Shown here one piece after another: positions 47,712 through 57,097 of a DNA stretch of 57,363 bases (positions are counted from its first letter, which is position 1; each line of letters opens with the position of its first letter). A program made the position numbers and the translations under genes. The DNA is from a virus (taxonomy: Duplodnaviria; Heunggongvirae; Uroviricota; Caudoviricetes), in IMG/VR virus record IMGVR_UViG_3300043466_002831, positions 1 through 57,363 of that record; one strand, given 5' to 3'. The notes under the pieces were generated by a model. The model searched no databases, was not told the DNA's origin, and saw only the letters and a list, made by a program, of their open reading frames with translations.

Positions 47712-48167
47712 TTAATCCAAAGAAGAATATAATCTTATCTTATCTTTTGCATTACCGATTAACCAAGGTTCGACATTTGGAATCTTATTGAGGAAATCCA
47801 ATTCATATTTATAACACCTTAGCTCTTCTTCATGTGGAGGAAGTTTTACTTTATTTCTTAAATAGAATAAATGTTTGGATTCATGAATGATGATTGCAGC
47901 AATATTATTTATTGAACCGTACAACATATCCCTCTGAGTAATTAGAATCGTGGAGGAGTCCTCAATAGTTGAAAACCCACCATTCCAATAAGATATGTGG
48001 TCACAAACTTCTATCAACAGTTCGTACTTATCTGAATCGGTATTTCTTATTAGTGCGACGGCACTATCAACTCTTAATTTCCACCCATCTCCGACATCAT
48101 CAATCTTAACTTGTGAGTAAATTGGGGTGAATAACACAACGAATAATAACAAAAAAAATAGTCTCAT
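47712..48167 (-). CDS. secreted HExxH metallopeptidase-like protein
   Basis: signal peptide; IIHESKH...EE motif. Confidence 0.7.
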   Translation of the reverse strand: MRLFFLLLFVVLFTPIYSQVKIDDVGDGWKLRVDSAVALIRNTDSDKYELLIEVCDHISYWNGGFSTIEDSSTILITQRDMLYGSINNIAAIIIHESKHLFYLRNKVKLPPHEEELRCYKYELDFLNKIPNVEPWLIGNAKDKIRLYSSLD

Positions 48168-48256
48168 AATTTAATTATAAATAGTAAAAATAAGGTCGAA
48201 TGATAAACCAATAATATTTATAGTCAATACTAAAATAAAAATAAACCAAAAACAAA

Positions 48257-50176
48257 ATGCTAATGAAAAAAATTCTCCTTTCCCTAACGTTCTCGTTATT
48301 AACCATTTTTGGTTTTGGGCAAACCACAACTTGTCCAATACCATCGACCGCAGGTGTTTACATTAACTTGGACACCTCGTACTTAGCAGGTACCGTTGCT
48401 CAAGGTTTTACCAATGTAGATTTATGTTTCTACAACAATACCTCGACAAAGATTACCGCTTTCCAATTTAGAGTTTTCTACGATAACTCGGCTTTTTCAG
48501 GTATCGATACCATAACTTCACTGAATACTTCATTCGCTCAAAACTTGAAATATTCTGTTGCTCAGGCATCTGGTTCGGCAACAATCACTTTCACTTATAC
48601 AGGTAGTTTATCAACATTTGAATTACCGTCAGGTCCGATTGTTAGATTAAAACTAGACCATGTATCAAACTTCGCATCACTTACTTCAATTGCGAATATG
48701 ACATTTGGAACAGTATCTACATATCCTGCAGTTGCAGCTAAACAAGATGGTACAGATAATACATTAACTCTACAAAACTACGGTGGTGTAATTGCTCCTC
48801 AAACAATGTCATTCAAAGGTACTTTTACCAACGTGACAGGTTCAGGGGCTAAAAACCTTACAGTTGCTTTGGAGAAGAAACTTAAACCAAGTGGTTCGTG
48901 GGTTCAAGTTACCAGTCAACTTACAAACACACAAGGTAAGTTTAATTTTGCAAACGTGGCAATAGATACTACAGGTTATTTTGTAAGAATTAAAGTACAA
49001 GGTGATACTATGGGTGTAGGTAACGTAATATCCACAGCAGATGCTCAAAAAGTACAGGACTATGTATTAGGTACACAAACACCAACAGGTTTTGATTACT
49101 ATGCTGCTGATGTTAATGGTGACAATAACTTAACTATCTCGGATGCTTGGGGTACATTTGGTAGAATCTCAGGTAGATTCTCTGTATGGCCTAACAACGT
49201 AAAAGATGTTAAGTTCTTTACAGTATCACAATACGGAACTATCAACGGTTCATCCACTAACTATACTTCATCAATTGCAGGTGTAACCAACTTCACTTAT
49301 GATATCATCGCAGGTCAACCTGACTCAGTTACTTACTATGTTTTAGTACCAGGTGATGCTAATGGAACAGGTTATAACATGGCACGTATGACACCAATCG
49401 AAGTGTTAATCGCACCTCAACCAGGTGTTGAACATCAAATCTATAATGTGATTGATAGTAGAGTTGAATATGATTTCCCAACAACAACTATCGAAGTTAA
49501 CGTACCAAGGTTATCAGTACAAGAAGGTAACTTGGTTAATGTACCTGTTAAAGTTTTAACTAACGGTACTGAGTTAGGTTCATTACAGTTCGGATTAAAA
49601 TACAACGATACATTACTTGAGTTCAAAGGTGTTGAAACAAAATCAGCAACTTCAAGTTGGGTATCATACTTGAACACAAACGACAACCAAATTGATTGGG
49701 GTGGATTCGATGTGAACAACCACACCAAACCACTTGTTGATGGTGCTGAGGTTGTGACTTTACAATTCGTTGCAAAAAAACCACAAGCGGAATGGACAGT
49801 TAGTCCTTTATGGACAACAAACAAATTCGCAGGAAACAACCAATGTAAAGATTTGGAAATCACACCAACAAACGGAATCGTTCAAGTATATAAGATGGCT
49901 TTCGGTGGTGATTTAACAGGTAATGATGAGATTACAGTTTCACCAAATCCAACAGATGATTTCACAACAATTACATTTAAAGTTAAAGAATACGGTCCTG
50001 TTAAACTTTCAGTTAAAGATTTAATGGGTAGAGAATATGAAGTTGTTTTGGATGGTTCAGTTCCAAAAGGAGAATATTCTTACATGGTTGATTTAGGTAA
50101 CTTATCACCAGGAGTTTACGTGGCAATGTTAAGAAGAGTTGACACAAACATCGCAACAAAAATAGTTGTACAATAA
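48257..50176 (+). CDS. secreted cohesin/Ig-like/dockerin protein with T9SS C-terminal sorting domain
   Basis: signal peptide; two cohesin-like beta-sandwiches (TAFQFRVFYD, SLQFGLKYN); DVNGDNNLTISD dockerin loop; VSPNP...DLMGR...LSPGVYV CTD. Confidence 0.8.
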   Translation: MLMKKILLSLTFSLLTIFGFGQTTTCPIPSTAGVYINLDTSYLAGTVAQGFTNVDLCFYNNTSTKITAFQFRVFYDNSAFSGIDTITSLNTSFAQNLKYSVAQASGSATITFTYTGSLSTFELPSGPIVRLKLDHVSNFASLTSIANMTFGTVSTYPAVAAKQDGTDNTLTLQNYGGVIAPQTMSFKGTFTNVTGSGAKNLTVALEKKLKPSGSWVQVTSQLTNTQGKFNFANVAIDTTGYFVRIKVQGDTMGVGNVISTADAQKVQDYVLGTQTPTGFDYYAADVNGDNNLTISDAWGTFGRISGRFSVWPNNVKDVKFFTVSQYGTINGSSTNYTSSIAGVTNFTYDIIAGQPDSVTYYVLVPGDANGTGYNMARMTPIEVLIAPQPGVEHQIYNVIDSRVEYDFPTTTIEVNVPRLSVQEGNLVNVPVKVLTNGTELGSLQFGLKYNDTLLEFKGVETKSATSSWVSYLNTNDNQIDWGGFDVNNHTKPLVDGAEVVTLQFVAKKPQAEWTVSPLWTTNKFAGNNQCKDLEITPTNGIVQVYKMAFGGDLTGNDEITVSPNPTDDFTTITFKVKEYGPVKLSVKDLMGREYEVVLDGSVPKGEYSYMVDLGNLSPGVYVAMLRRVDTNIATKIVVQ

Positions 50177-50183
50177 TTATAAT

Positions 50184-50203
50184 GAGGTCACTTCGGTGAC
50201 CTC
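50184..50203 (+). promoter_or_regulatory. perfect cUUCGg hairpin without U-tract
   Basis: GAGGTCAC-TTCG-GTGACCTC. Confidence 0.6.
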
Positions 50204-50242
50204 TTAGCCAAAATAATAAACCAAAACAAAAACAAAACAAAA

Positions 50243-50575
50243 ATGAGTGAAGAAACACAAGAAACAAACGACGGAACTTGGTCTGGCCTTAAAAAGACCC
50301 TAATCGGAACAATATCAACAGCGGTTTTAGCTGGTGGTACTTGGTTTACAACAACACTTTTCGGTGGTGAAAGTTCTGATGACAAAGAAGAACCTAAAAC
50401 TGAACAAGCTGCACCTGCATCACAACCTGTTATCAACTTGAATGTACAACAAAATCAAGAAAACAAACAAAAGGTTGAGAATGGTGGAACTCATGTTATT
50501 GAACGAGTAGTTGAAAAACCTGCAGCTTCACAACCAGCACAAGCACAACCTAAAAAGGAAGAAGAAAGTTGGTAA
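50243..50575 (+). CDS. membrane-anchored protein with P/Q/E-rich tail
   Basis: single TM then low-complexity region. Confidence 0.7.
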   Translation: MSEETQETNDGTWSGLKKTLIGTISTAVLAGGTWFTTTLFGGESSDDKEEPKTEQAAPASQPVINLNVQQNQENKQKVENGGTHVIERVVEKPAASQPAQAQPKKEEESW

Positions 50576-51291
50576 TGAGAAAGTTGTTATTGATTACACT
50601 ACCATTATTTTTGTTCTCTTGTAAAGTAAGTGGACAAATTGGTACGGTAAAAACTGAAGAGTATCAAGCAGATTTCGAAAAGAAACAATCTATGGCGGTC
50701 GTGTCGGATTACACCGACACAATCGTTATTCCTATTCAAGTTCTTAAAATTGGTATCAACGAGGAACTTTATGAAATGTACCCTGAACTTAAAGATAAAA
50801 GAGTTGGGTTAGGGGTTGCAAACATTGTGTTAGAGTACTTGGAGTCAACAGATAGATTTAAGTTCACTGAAGACCGAGAAGAAATTAAACAAAAGATGAT
50901 TGCACAAGACAAAGCATCTGATAAAGGTATTTCGAGTAATAAAATTGAAGTTAAGGGTAACGTTATCTTAGCTAAGTATTTTGTTTACATCGAGGTATAT
51001 GACTTTTCAGTTTCTGAAGACGAAGTGGTTAAAGCGGTTGACGGAGCTAAGGCGACACAGACAACTCGTTTGGGATTACAAGTTAGATTTGTTGATGCTG
51101 AAACAGGTGAGATTATCACAGGTAGTGGTTTAGGTGAGTCCTCAACTGTTAAGACATCTTCAATTTTGTCTGATGTGGAAGACATTAAGTTTAATCAATC
51201 AACAATAGGTATTTCGACCAAAAAGGCTCTCGAAACGGCATCGTCAAGAGTTGTGTCAAAATTAATAAAAAAGGGTGTCTTTAAATCTTAA
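50569..51291 (+). CDS. CsgG/HfaB/FlgT-like lipoprotein
   Basis: lipobox LFSC; RFKFTEDRE, LAKYFVYIEVYDF, LQVRFVDAETGEII. Confidence 0.75.
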   Translation: MVMRKLLLITLPLFLFSCKVSGQIGTVKTEEYQADFEKKQSMAVVSDYTDTIVIPIQVLKIGINEELYEMYPELKDKRVGLGVANIVLEYLESTDRFKFTEDREEIKQKMIAQDKASDKGISSNKIEVKGNVILAKYFVYIEVYDFSVSEDEVVKAVDGAKATQTTRLGLQVRFVDAETGEIITGSGLGESSTVKTSSILSDVEDIKFNQSTIGISTKKALETASSRVVSKLIKKGVFKS

Positions 51292-51297
51292 AAACAA

Positions 51298-51645
51298 ATG
51301 AATTTAAAAAAATTATTAATGGGTGAAACAGGTTACACAAAGGTAGACGATAAGAATCGTTTCTACTACATGTTACAACAAATGCAATCAAATCGTTGGA
51401 GAATTACCGCAATCGTATTGGGGTTATTTTTCTTCATTATCTTGGGTATCAACTCAGCGGTGTTCTTTGGAATTGAAATCAAAGAAGATTGGAAAGAGAT
51501 GTTACTTATCCTTTTAGGTGCGTTCGTTGGTAACTTAAACAAAGTGGTTGATTACTGGTTCAATTCAGAAGACCGTGATAAAATGTTAATCCAAAAAGTT
51601 GACGAAGAAGACGGTAATGTTATGTCTGACGTGACAGAAATCTAA
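51298..51645 (+). CDS. two-TM membrane protein
   Basis: two hydrophobic helices, VVDYWF. Confidence 0.7.
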   Translation: MNLKKLLMGETGYTKVDDKNRFYYMLQQMQSNRWRITAIVLGLFFFIILGINSAVFFGIEIKEDWKEMLLILLGAFVGNLNKVVDYWFNSEDRDKMLIQKVDEEDGNVMSDVTEI

Positions 51646-51646
51646 T

Positions 51647-53131
51647 ATGAATATTAAGAAAATTTTATTTACTTTAAGTTTTCTGTTCAACACGATAATG
51701 GTTTTAGGACAGGGGTTCTCGTATACATTTACGGACCCCTGTACCTTTAAACAGAAACAAATTTATATCGACAATCCATCGGGTAATGTGTTACTTACCT
51801 ATAATGGTTCGATACAGAGTTTTACCGCAGCTGAATTACAATCAGGGGCGATGGAACAGTGGGTTAATCAAGTTAATTCACAAAATCCCAACGGACCATG
51901 TAGTGGTGTTGGTTTAGCCCAAAATACAAATATGAATGTGTTAATAACTCAAAATAATATTGCGGTATTGACTAATGTGATGTCAGCATTAACCGACATA
52001 AGTTCAATTGGGGGAGCGAGTGTTGGTGGAATTGTCGAGGCGAAAGAAAAATCAGCATCAGAGGACAACAAAAAAAAGAACAACAACTCATCGAATAATA
52101 ATAATACGACATCAAATAGTAATCCTACCACTAATGGTCAGGGTAGTCAAACCATTAACAATCAAAAACAAGGAAATGGGCAAACTAACGAGGGAAATAA
52201 TGGTAGCTCTGGAGGAACTCAGACAAATCAACCAAACCAAACAGGCGGAAACACTAATCCAAATGGTGGAGGACAAACTCAAGGAAGTGGAGAAACGTCA
52301 CAGACATCAGGAGGAAACACAGGAAATCCGAATACAACAACTCAAGGAGGAGGTCAACAGACTGGGTCGACTGTAGGAGGGAACGGTTCAAATCCTCAGG
52401 GTAATGGTCAGAATAGTAATACACAAACTCCTGACGAAACACAACAAAATCAAAGTACAGATAATGCGAGAAGTACATCAAGTGCAAAAGAGAAAGTTGC
52501 TAATGCAAAACAAGGAGGGATTGTATTGAATGGTGATATAGTTGTAATTAATAGTGCGACACAAGGAGAACCACAACAATTTAGAATGAATATGAGTGTT
52601 GTTAAAAGTAATACCAACAACACAGTTGTTAAAGGTGCGTTACTTAACTATACAACCAGTATTAACAACTCAAGTTTAACTTTATTCATGGGTAGGAAAG
52701 TTAAAAGTTTTACAGGGATTGTTGCTAATTCATCAATGTTAAACTTTGAGAGAGATTTGTTCAATACTACTTCTTTAATGACTTCATACAAGTATAAATC
52801 AATTACATCAACACTTGGGGTTAATTTTACTACGGGTAAATTGGGTGAATCAAGATTCCAAAGTTTATCTGCACTTGGTGGTGGAGTTGGAACATTCAAA
52901 GTAAGTAAGAAGATAACCAATACAACCATGATGGTTGTGGTTTATTCACCTTTCGTTTATTACTACGAAGGTTTATGGTATAAGTCAGGTTGGTTAATGG
53001 TTCCATTCACAGCATTTGATTATAGATTAACAAAGAAATTTAAACTTAACTTGAGCTTCAGTGGGGTTCAACAAATAAAAAGTACCACAATAAATTACCA
53101 AGTATTACTTGGGGCAAAGGCATTATTATAA
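51647..53131 (+). CDS. secreted protein with N/Q/G/T/S low-complexity tract and C-terminal beta-barrel-like region
   Basis: signal peptide; alternating hydrophobic beta-strands in the C-terminal ~200 aa. Confidence 0.65.
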   Translation: MNIKKILFTLSFLFNTIMVLGQGFSYTFTDPCTFKQKQIYIDNPSGNVLLTYNGSIQSFTAAELQSGAMEQWVNQVNSQNPNGPCSGVGLAQNTNMNVLITQNNIAVLTNVMSALTDISSIGGASVGGIVEAKEKSASEDNKKKNNNSSNNNNTTSNSNPTTNGQGSQTINNQKQGNGQTNEGNNGSSGGTQTNQPNQTGGNTNPNGGGQTQGSGETSQTSGGNTGNPNTTTQGGGQQTGSTVGGNGSNPQGNGQNSNTQTPDETQQNQSTDNARSTSSAKEKVANAKQGGIVLNGDIVVINSATQGEPQQFRMNMSVVKSNTNNTVVKGALLNYTTSINNSSLTLFMGRKVKSFTGIVANSSMLNFERDLFNTTSLMTSYKYKSITSTLGVNFTTGKLGESRFQSLSALGGGVGTFKVSKKITNTTMMVVVYSPFVYYYEGLWYKSGWLMVPFTAFDYRLTKKFKLNLSFSGVQQIKSTTINYQVLLGAKALL

Positions 53132-53132
53132 C

Positions 53133-53720
53133 ATGAAAAAACTATTACTAACATTAGGATTTATTTTACCATTATTCGTTTACGGGCAAAAAACATTAAG
53201 AGATTCAATTTATGTCAAGACTGACATGTTTGAGTTGGTGTATTCAGAGAAATTACAACAACCTAAATTTATTAGATACACGGTTCAATGTCCAAATGGA
53301 ACCGCACCAAGAAAGGGTATGGACTTTTACGTTTGTGATTCAATCCTAACCTCAGATGACAAGGACTATGCAAACAATCCATATGATAAAGGACATTTGG
53401 CACCTGCAGCTGATTTTAACTGTACAAGTGAAATGTTATTTAAGACCTTCACATACCTTAATTGTTCCCTACAACAAGAGAACCTTAACAGAACCACTTG
53501 GAGATTGTTAGAGGTAAGAGAAAGGGATTTATCAAAGACACAGAAAGTTGTTGTTGAGATTAGATGTGTGTATTCACCAAAGTCAATTGTGTTACCAACA
53601 GGTGCAACAATACCTGATGCATACTACAAGACAATCAAATACGGTAAAACTACTGAAGTGTATTACTTCAAGAACGAGAAACCATTAACAACAGATTATA
53701 CCAAATACAAAATAAAATGA
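53133..53720 (+). CDS. secreted DNA/RNA non-specific endonuclease (NucA/EndA-like)
   Basis: signal peptide; YDKGHLAPAAD, QQENLNRTTW, IPDAYYK. Confidence 0.92.
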   Translation: MKKLLLTLGFILPLFVYGQKTLRDSIYVKTDMFELVYSEKLQQPKFIRYTVQCPNGTAPRKGMDFYVCDSILTSDDKDYANNPYDKGHLAPAADFNCTSEMLFKTFTYLNCSLQQENLNRTTWRLLEVRERDLSKTQKVVVEIRCVYSPKSIVLPTGATIPDAYYKTIKYGKTTEVYYFKNEKPLTTDYTKYKIK

Positions 53721-54166
53721 GAAAACTATTATTAATTCCCGTGATGTTCTTAGCGTCTTTAACTTACGCTCAGAACTGTTATTCAGTTAAACATGTTGAG
53801 AGTCGTGCTAATATTGAAGGTATTAGTCCAAAGAGATTCACACTTGGTGTTAAACAGATTACTGAAGAAGTAATATCAGAGAAGTATTCTATCTGTGAGG
53901 ATGGGGATAGTGTTTCTGTTATTGTTGAAAGTATTGAAGCTCCAACAACAGGGATTGCAATTGGTCCATTTGAAATGAAAAGAAAGGTAACAATTGTAAC
54001 TACCAAAATAATTATTAATGGTAAGGAATATGTCGGAGTAGGTGAGAGTAAGATTGATGTTAAGTCAACTTTTATTGAACTACAAGATGAGAACATACCA
54101 TTTGAAAAATCATCATTCTCCGCAGCATTAAAGAAATCTTTAATGGATGGTGTTAATAAAATATGA
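53717..54166 (+). CDS. secreted protein, possible second CsgG-fold paralogue
   Basis: signal peptide; LGVKQITEE and SSFSAALKKSL echo LGVANIVLE and STIGISTKKAL of 50569. Confidence 0.5.
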   Translation: MRKLLLIPVMFLASLTYAQNCYSVKHVESRANIEGISPKRFTLGVKQITEEVISEKYSICEDGDSVSVIVESIEAPTTGIAIGPFEMKRKVTIVTTKIIINGKEYVGVGESKIDVKSTFIELQDENIPFEKSSFSAALKKSLMDGVNKI

Positions 54167-55839
54167 GGAAATATGTAACCATATTATTTTTAATTTTTAC
54201 CAATATTCTTTTTGGTCAAACATTTACGTATTCTGGTTACATCTATAATGCAGGAGGAGGAGCGGCACCTAATGTTCCCGTTAAGTTATATAAAAGAACC
54301 ACACCAAATTTGGTTGGGTTCACGTCACAAACAAACTATAACGGACATTCATATTATCGTTCAACAGGTAGTGCGACTTGGACTTCAGCAAAAACAACTT
54401 GTGAATCCATGAATGGTCACTTGGCAACAGTGTCTAATATCAGTGAGAATAATTTCTTATTCAACACATGGCCATCAGGTTGGATTGGGTATTATCAAGA
54501 TAAGGTTGCGGGATACACATATTCTGAACCTGCTGGTGGTTATCGTTGGACTGAGGTACAAGTTACCGATGGATTATCTGCAGACTATGACGTTTCTTCA
54601 TATTCTTCAGGAACGGTTTTGACCGACATTAAATCTTCAATTAACTCCACACTATATAATACACCAACTTATTCAAGTACAGGTGGTAAGTATCTAACAT
54701 TTAATGGGACTAACCAATACGCAATAACGAATAATTTGGCTTCTAAGTTTTCAAGTACTTCAATATCTGTAGTTGCTTGGATTTACCCAACAGGGAATGG
54801 TGTAATTGCATCTGAATTAGGTGTAGCAAGTCCTTCTTCAGGTTGGCATGAATCAATTATGGAAATTACTGGTTCAAACACATTAAGAGTTGGATTTTGG
54901 AACGGTGCGGGGATTACTCAATTAAGTACTTCAATTACTTTAAACACTTGGAATTTAGTATGCGTCACATACGATGGTACAACAATGAGAGGTTATTTAA
55001 ATAACGTAAACTTTGGTAGTACCAACTTTACTCGTCAAGCGGCGTTTTTACATAGTGGTACAGGACAACAACATTTTGCCTTTGGTTTACAAGATGCTAC
55101 TAACATGGGACATGGTGGTTATGGTGCGTTTAGATTGGGAGACATCCAATTCTTTAATAGAGCAATTACTGTTGATGAAATTGATAGAACATTTAATCTA
55201 TACAATTATAGATATAGGTCTAACCAATATGTTAATTGGAATCCTGGAGAACCTAACAATTCGGGGACTGAAGATTATACTCAGTTTGTAAGTGGAGGTA
55301 AATGGAATGACTTGGCAAACACATCACTACCATACGTGATAGAGTTTGATTATGTTGTCGGTTTCACTGCATGGGTATTACACCAAACAGTTTATACTAA
55401 TTCATTAGGGTATTATTCTTTTTCTCAATCAACAAATCCATCAACTGAATGGTATATTCAAATTGACATACCAACACCAACAACGACTATTAGTAATAAT
55501 GATGCGATTTCCGCCAACAATAAAGTAATAAGTAGAACATTTAACTCATTGGATTATTATCGATATGATGTTAATAATGATGGGAATATTAATATAACGG
55601 ATGTATACCGAATTTATATGAGAATTAGCGGTAGATTCTCAACTTGGGGAGGGTCTTTACCTAACACAAGATTATTTACTTCAAGCCAATATAATACAAT
55701 TAACACCTCAACTTCGGATTTAAGAAGTACATTACCTGGTACTACTTCAATCACAATTACTAGCCCAACGAGTGGTGCTAGTTCAAGTTATTATTTGATT
55801 AATACAGGATATTCAAATGGTTCAGTAGTTAGTTACTGA
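54163..55839 (+). CDS. secreted C-type lectin/LamG/dockerin protein
   Basis: YNGHSYY..TWTSA..CES.NGHLAT, WNPGEPNN, WNDL (CTL); LamG core; DVNNDGNINITD dockerin loop. Confidence 0.8.
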   Translation: MRKYVTILFLIFTNILFGQTFTYSGYIYNAGGGAAPNVPVKLYKRTTPNLVGFTSQTNYNGHSYYRSTGSATWTSAKTTCESMNGHLATVSNISENNFLFNTWPSGWIGYYQDKVAGYTYSEPAGGYRWTEVQVTDGLSADYDVSSYSSGTVLTDIKSSINSTLYNTPTYSSTGGKYLTFNGTNQYAITNNLASKFSSTSISVVAWIYPTGNGVIASELGVASPSSGWHESIMEITGSNTLRVGFWNGAGITQLSTSITLNTWNLVCVTYDGTTMRGYLNNVNFGSTNFTRQAAFLHSGTGQQHFAFGLQDATNMGHGGYGAFRLGDIQFFNRAITVDEIDRTFNLYNYRYRSNQYVNWNPGEPNNSGTEDYTQFVSGGKWNDLANTSLPYVIEFDYVVGFTAWVLHQTVYTNSLGYYSFSQSTNPSTEWYIQIDIPTPTTTISNNDAISANNKVISRTFNSLDYYRYDVNNDGNINITDVYRIYMRISGRFSTWGGSLPNTRLFTSSQYNTINTSTSDLRSTLPGTTSITITSPTSGASSSYYLINTGYSNGSVVSY

Positions 55840-55880
55840 ACTATTTATATATAAAATAAACTAAATAAAAATTAAAAAAA

Positions 55881-56711
55881 ATGTTATTAAAAAAAGGTTC
55901 AAAAAGTGATGACGTAAAGAAATTACAAGAAAAATTAGGATTGGCGGCTGATGGTATTTTCGGTGCTGGTACTGAAACTAAAGTTAAAGAATGGCAAGCA
56001 GCAAATGGTTTAACTGCAGATGGTATTGTAGGTGACGGTACTTGGTCCAAAATGTTTGGTGGAGTTGCTCCATCAGTTATTAAAGAAGATGTAGTAATTG
56101 CGAAAGCGGGACCATTAAACATAGACAAGTTGAAAGGTCACATTCCTGATGCGGTAATTGCTCAGATTCCTGAAACTGCGGCAAAGTTCAACATTACAAA
56201 CAATTTAAGGTTAGCTCACTTCTTATCACAATGTGGTCACGAGTCAGGTGGTTTTAAAGCTGTGTCTGAAAACTTAAACTATTCTGCTGATGGATTGAAA
56301 AAAATCTTCCCTAAATATTTCCCTGGTAATCTTGCTGAGTCATACGCAAGAAACCCTGAGAAAATTGCTTCCAAAGTATATGGTGGTAGAATGGGTAATG
56401 GTGATGAAACAACAAAAGAAGGTTTCAAATTTAGAGGTAGAGGTTACATCCAATTGACAGGTAAGGCAAACTACACAAACTTCGCTAAGTTCATTGGTGA
56501 AGATACTGTTGCTAATCCTGATTTGGTTGCTACAAAATACCCATTGGCTTCTGCAGCATTCTTCTTCGATTCAAATAAGTTATGGGCTATTTGTGATAAA
56601 GGTGCTGATGACGCTACCGTAACTGCGGTTACAAAAAGAGTGAACGGTGGAACTATCGGGTTACCTGATAGAATCAAACACTTCAAAGAGTATTACAACT
56701 TACTTAAATAA
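55881..56711 (+). CDS. endolysin: PG-binding domain + GH19
   Basis: ADGIFGAGT/ADGIVGDGT repeats; AHFLSQCGHES, RGRGYIQLTGKANY, VNGG. Confidence 0.92.
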   Translation: MLLKKGSKSDDVKKLQEKLGLAADGIFGAGTETKVKEWQAANGLTADGIVGDGTWSKMFGGVAPSVIKEDVVIAKAGPLNIDKLKGHIPDAVIAQIPETAAKFNITNNLRLAHFLSQCGHESGGFKAVSENLNYSADGLKKIFPKYFPGNLAESYARNPEKIASKVYGGRMGNGDETTKEGFKFRGRGYIQLTGKANYTNFAKFIGEDTVANPDLVATKYPLASAAFFFDSNKLWAICDKGADDATVTAVTKRVNGGTIGLPDRIKHFKEYYNLLK

Positions 56712-56741
56712 TGAAATGGGAGTCACTGACTCCCATTTTTG
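56712..56741. terminator. bidirectional terminator
   Basis: AAATGGGAGTCA-C-TGACTCCCATTTT between convergent genes. Confidence 0.7.
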
Positions 56742-57097
56742 TTTTCAAAATAAAAAACAACTTCAACATCATTTACGGTAATTAATCCAAAATCTCTAGC
56801 CAAATTAAAGTTGGGTGTATCTCTTTCTAATCTATTTATTGAGGTTTTAACGACCTTTCTAAAGTCTTCTAATCTGAATGTGCTCTTCCACTTATTACAT
56901 CTACCACAAGAAGGGAGAAGGTTATATATTTCATTTGTACCTCTCTCCCTTTTGTAATGTTCCAACTGACTATCGGTATGATTTCTAAATAAAGGTTCTA
57001 TGTGGTCGATTTGCATTTGTTTTATTGTGATTTCATTTCCACAATAAGCACAATGTCCTCCACACTTATTATAAACCTCTTCTCTATTAATTTTCAT
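56723..57097 (-). CDS. HNH endonuclease
   Basis: CAYCG, IDHIEP, NLLPSCGRCN. Confidence 0.9.
   Translation of the reverse strand: MKINREEVYNKCGGHCAYCGNEITIKQMQIDHIEPLFRNHTDSQLEHYKRERGTNEIYNLLPSCGRCNKWKSTFRLEDFRKVVKTSINRLERDTPNFNLARDFGLITVNDVEVVFYFENKNGSQ

Noticed and set aside
3614-56686. Numerous 60-150 aa antisense or alternate-frame ORFs inside long genes (e.g. 5507, 12535, 14481, 15063, 27767, 49441, 53779)
   Set aside because: Shadow ORFs from codon bias, each fully nested in a well-supported gene
56723-57097. HNH as an intron/intein-embedded homing element
   Set aside because: Free-standing and convergent with the endolysin, which is intact; no splicing signals seen
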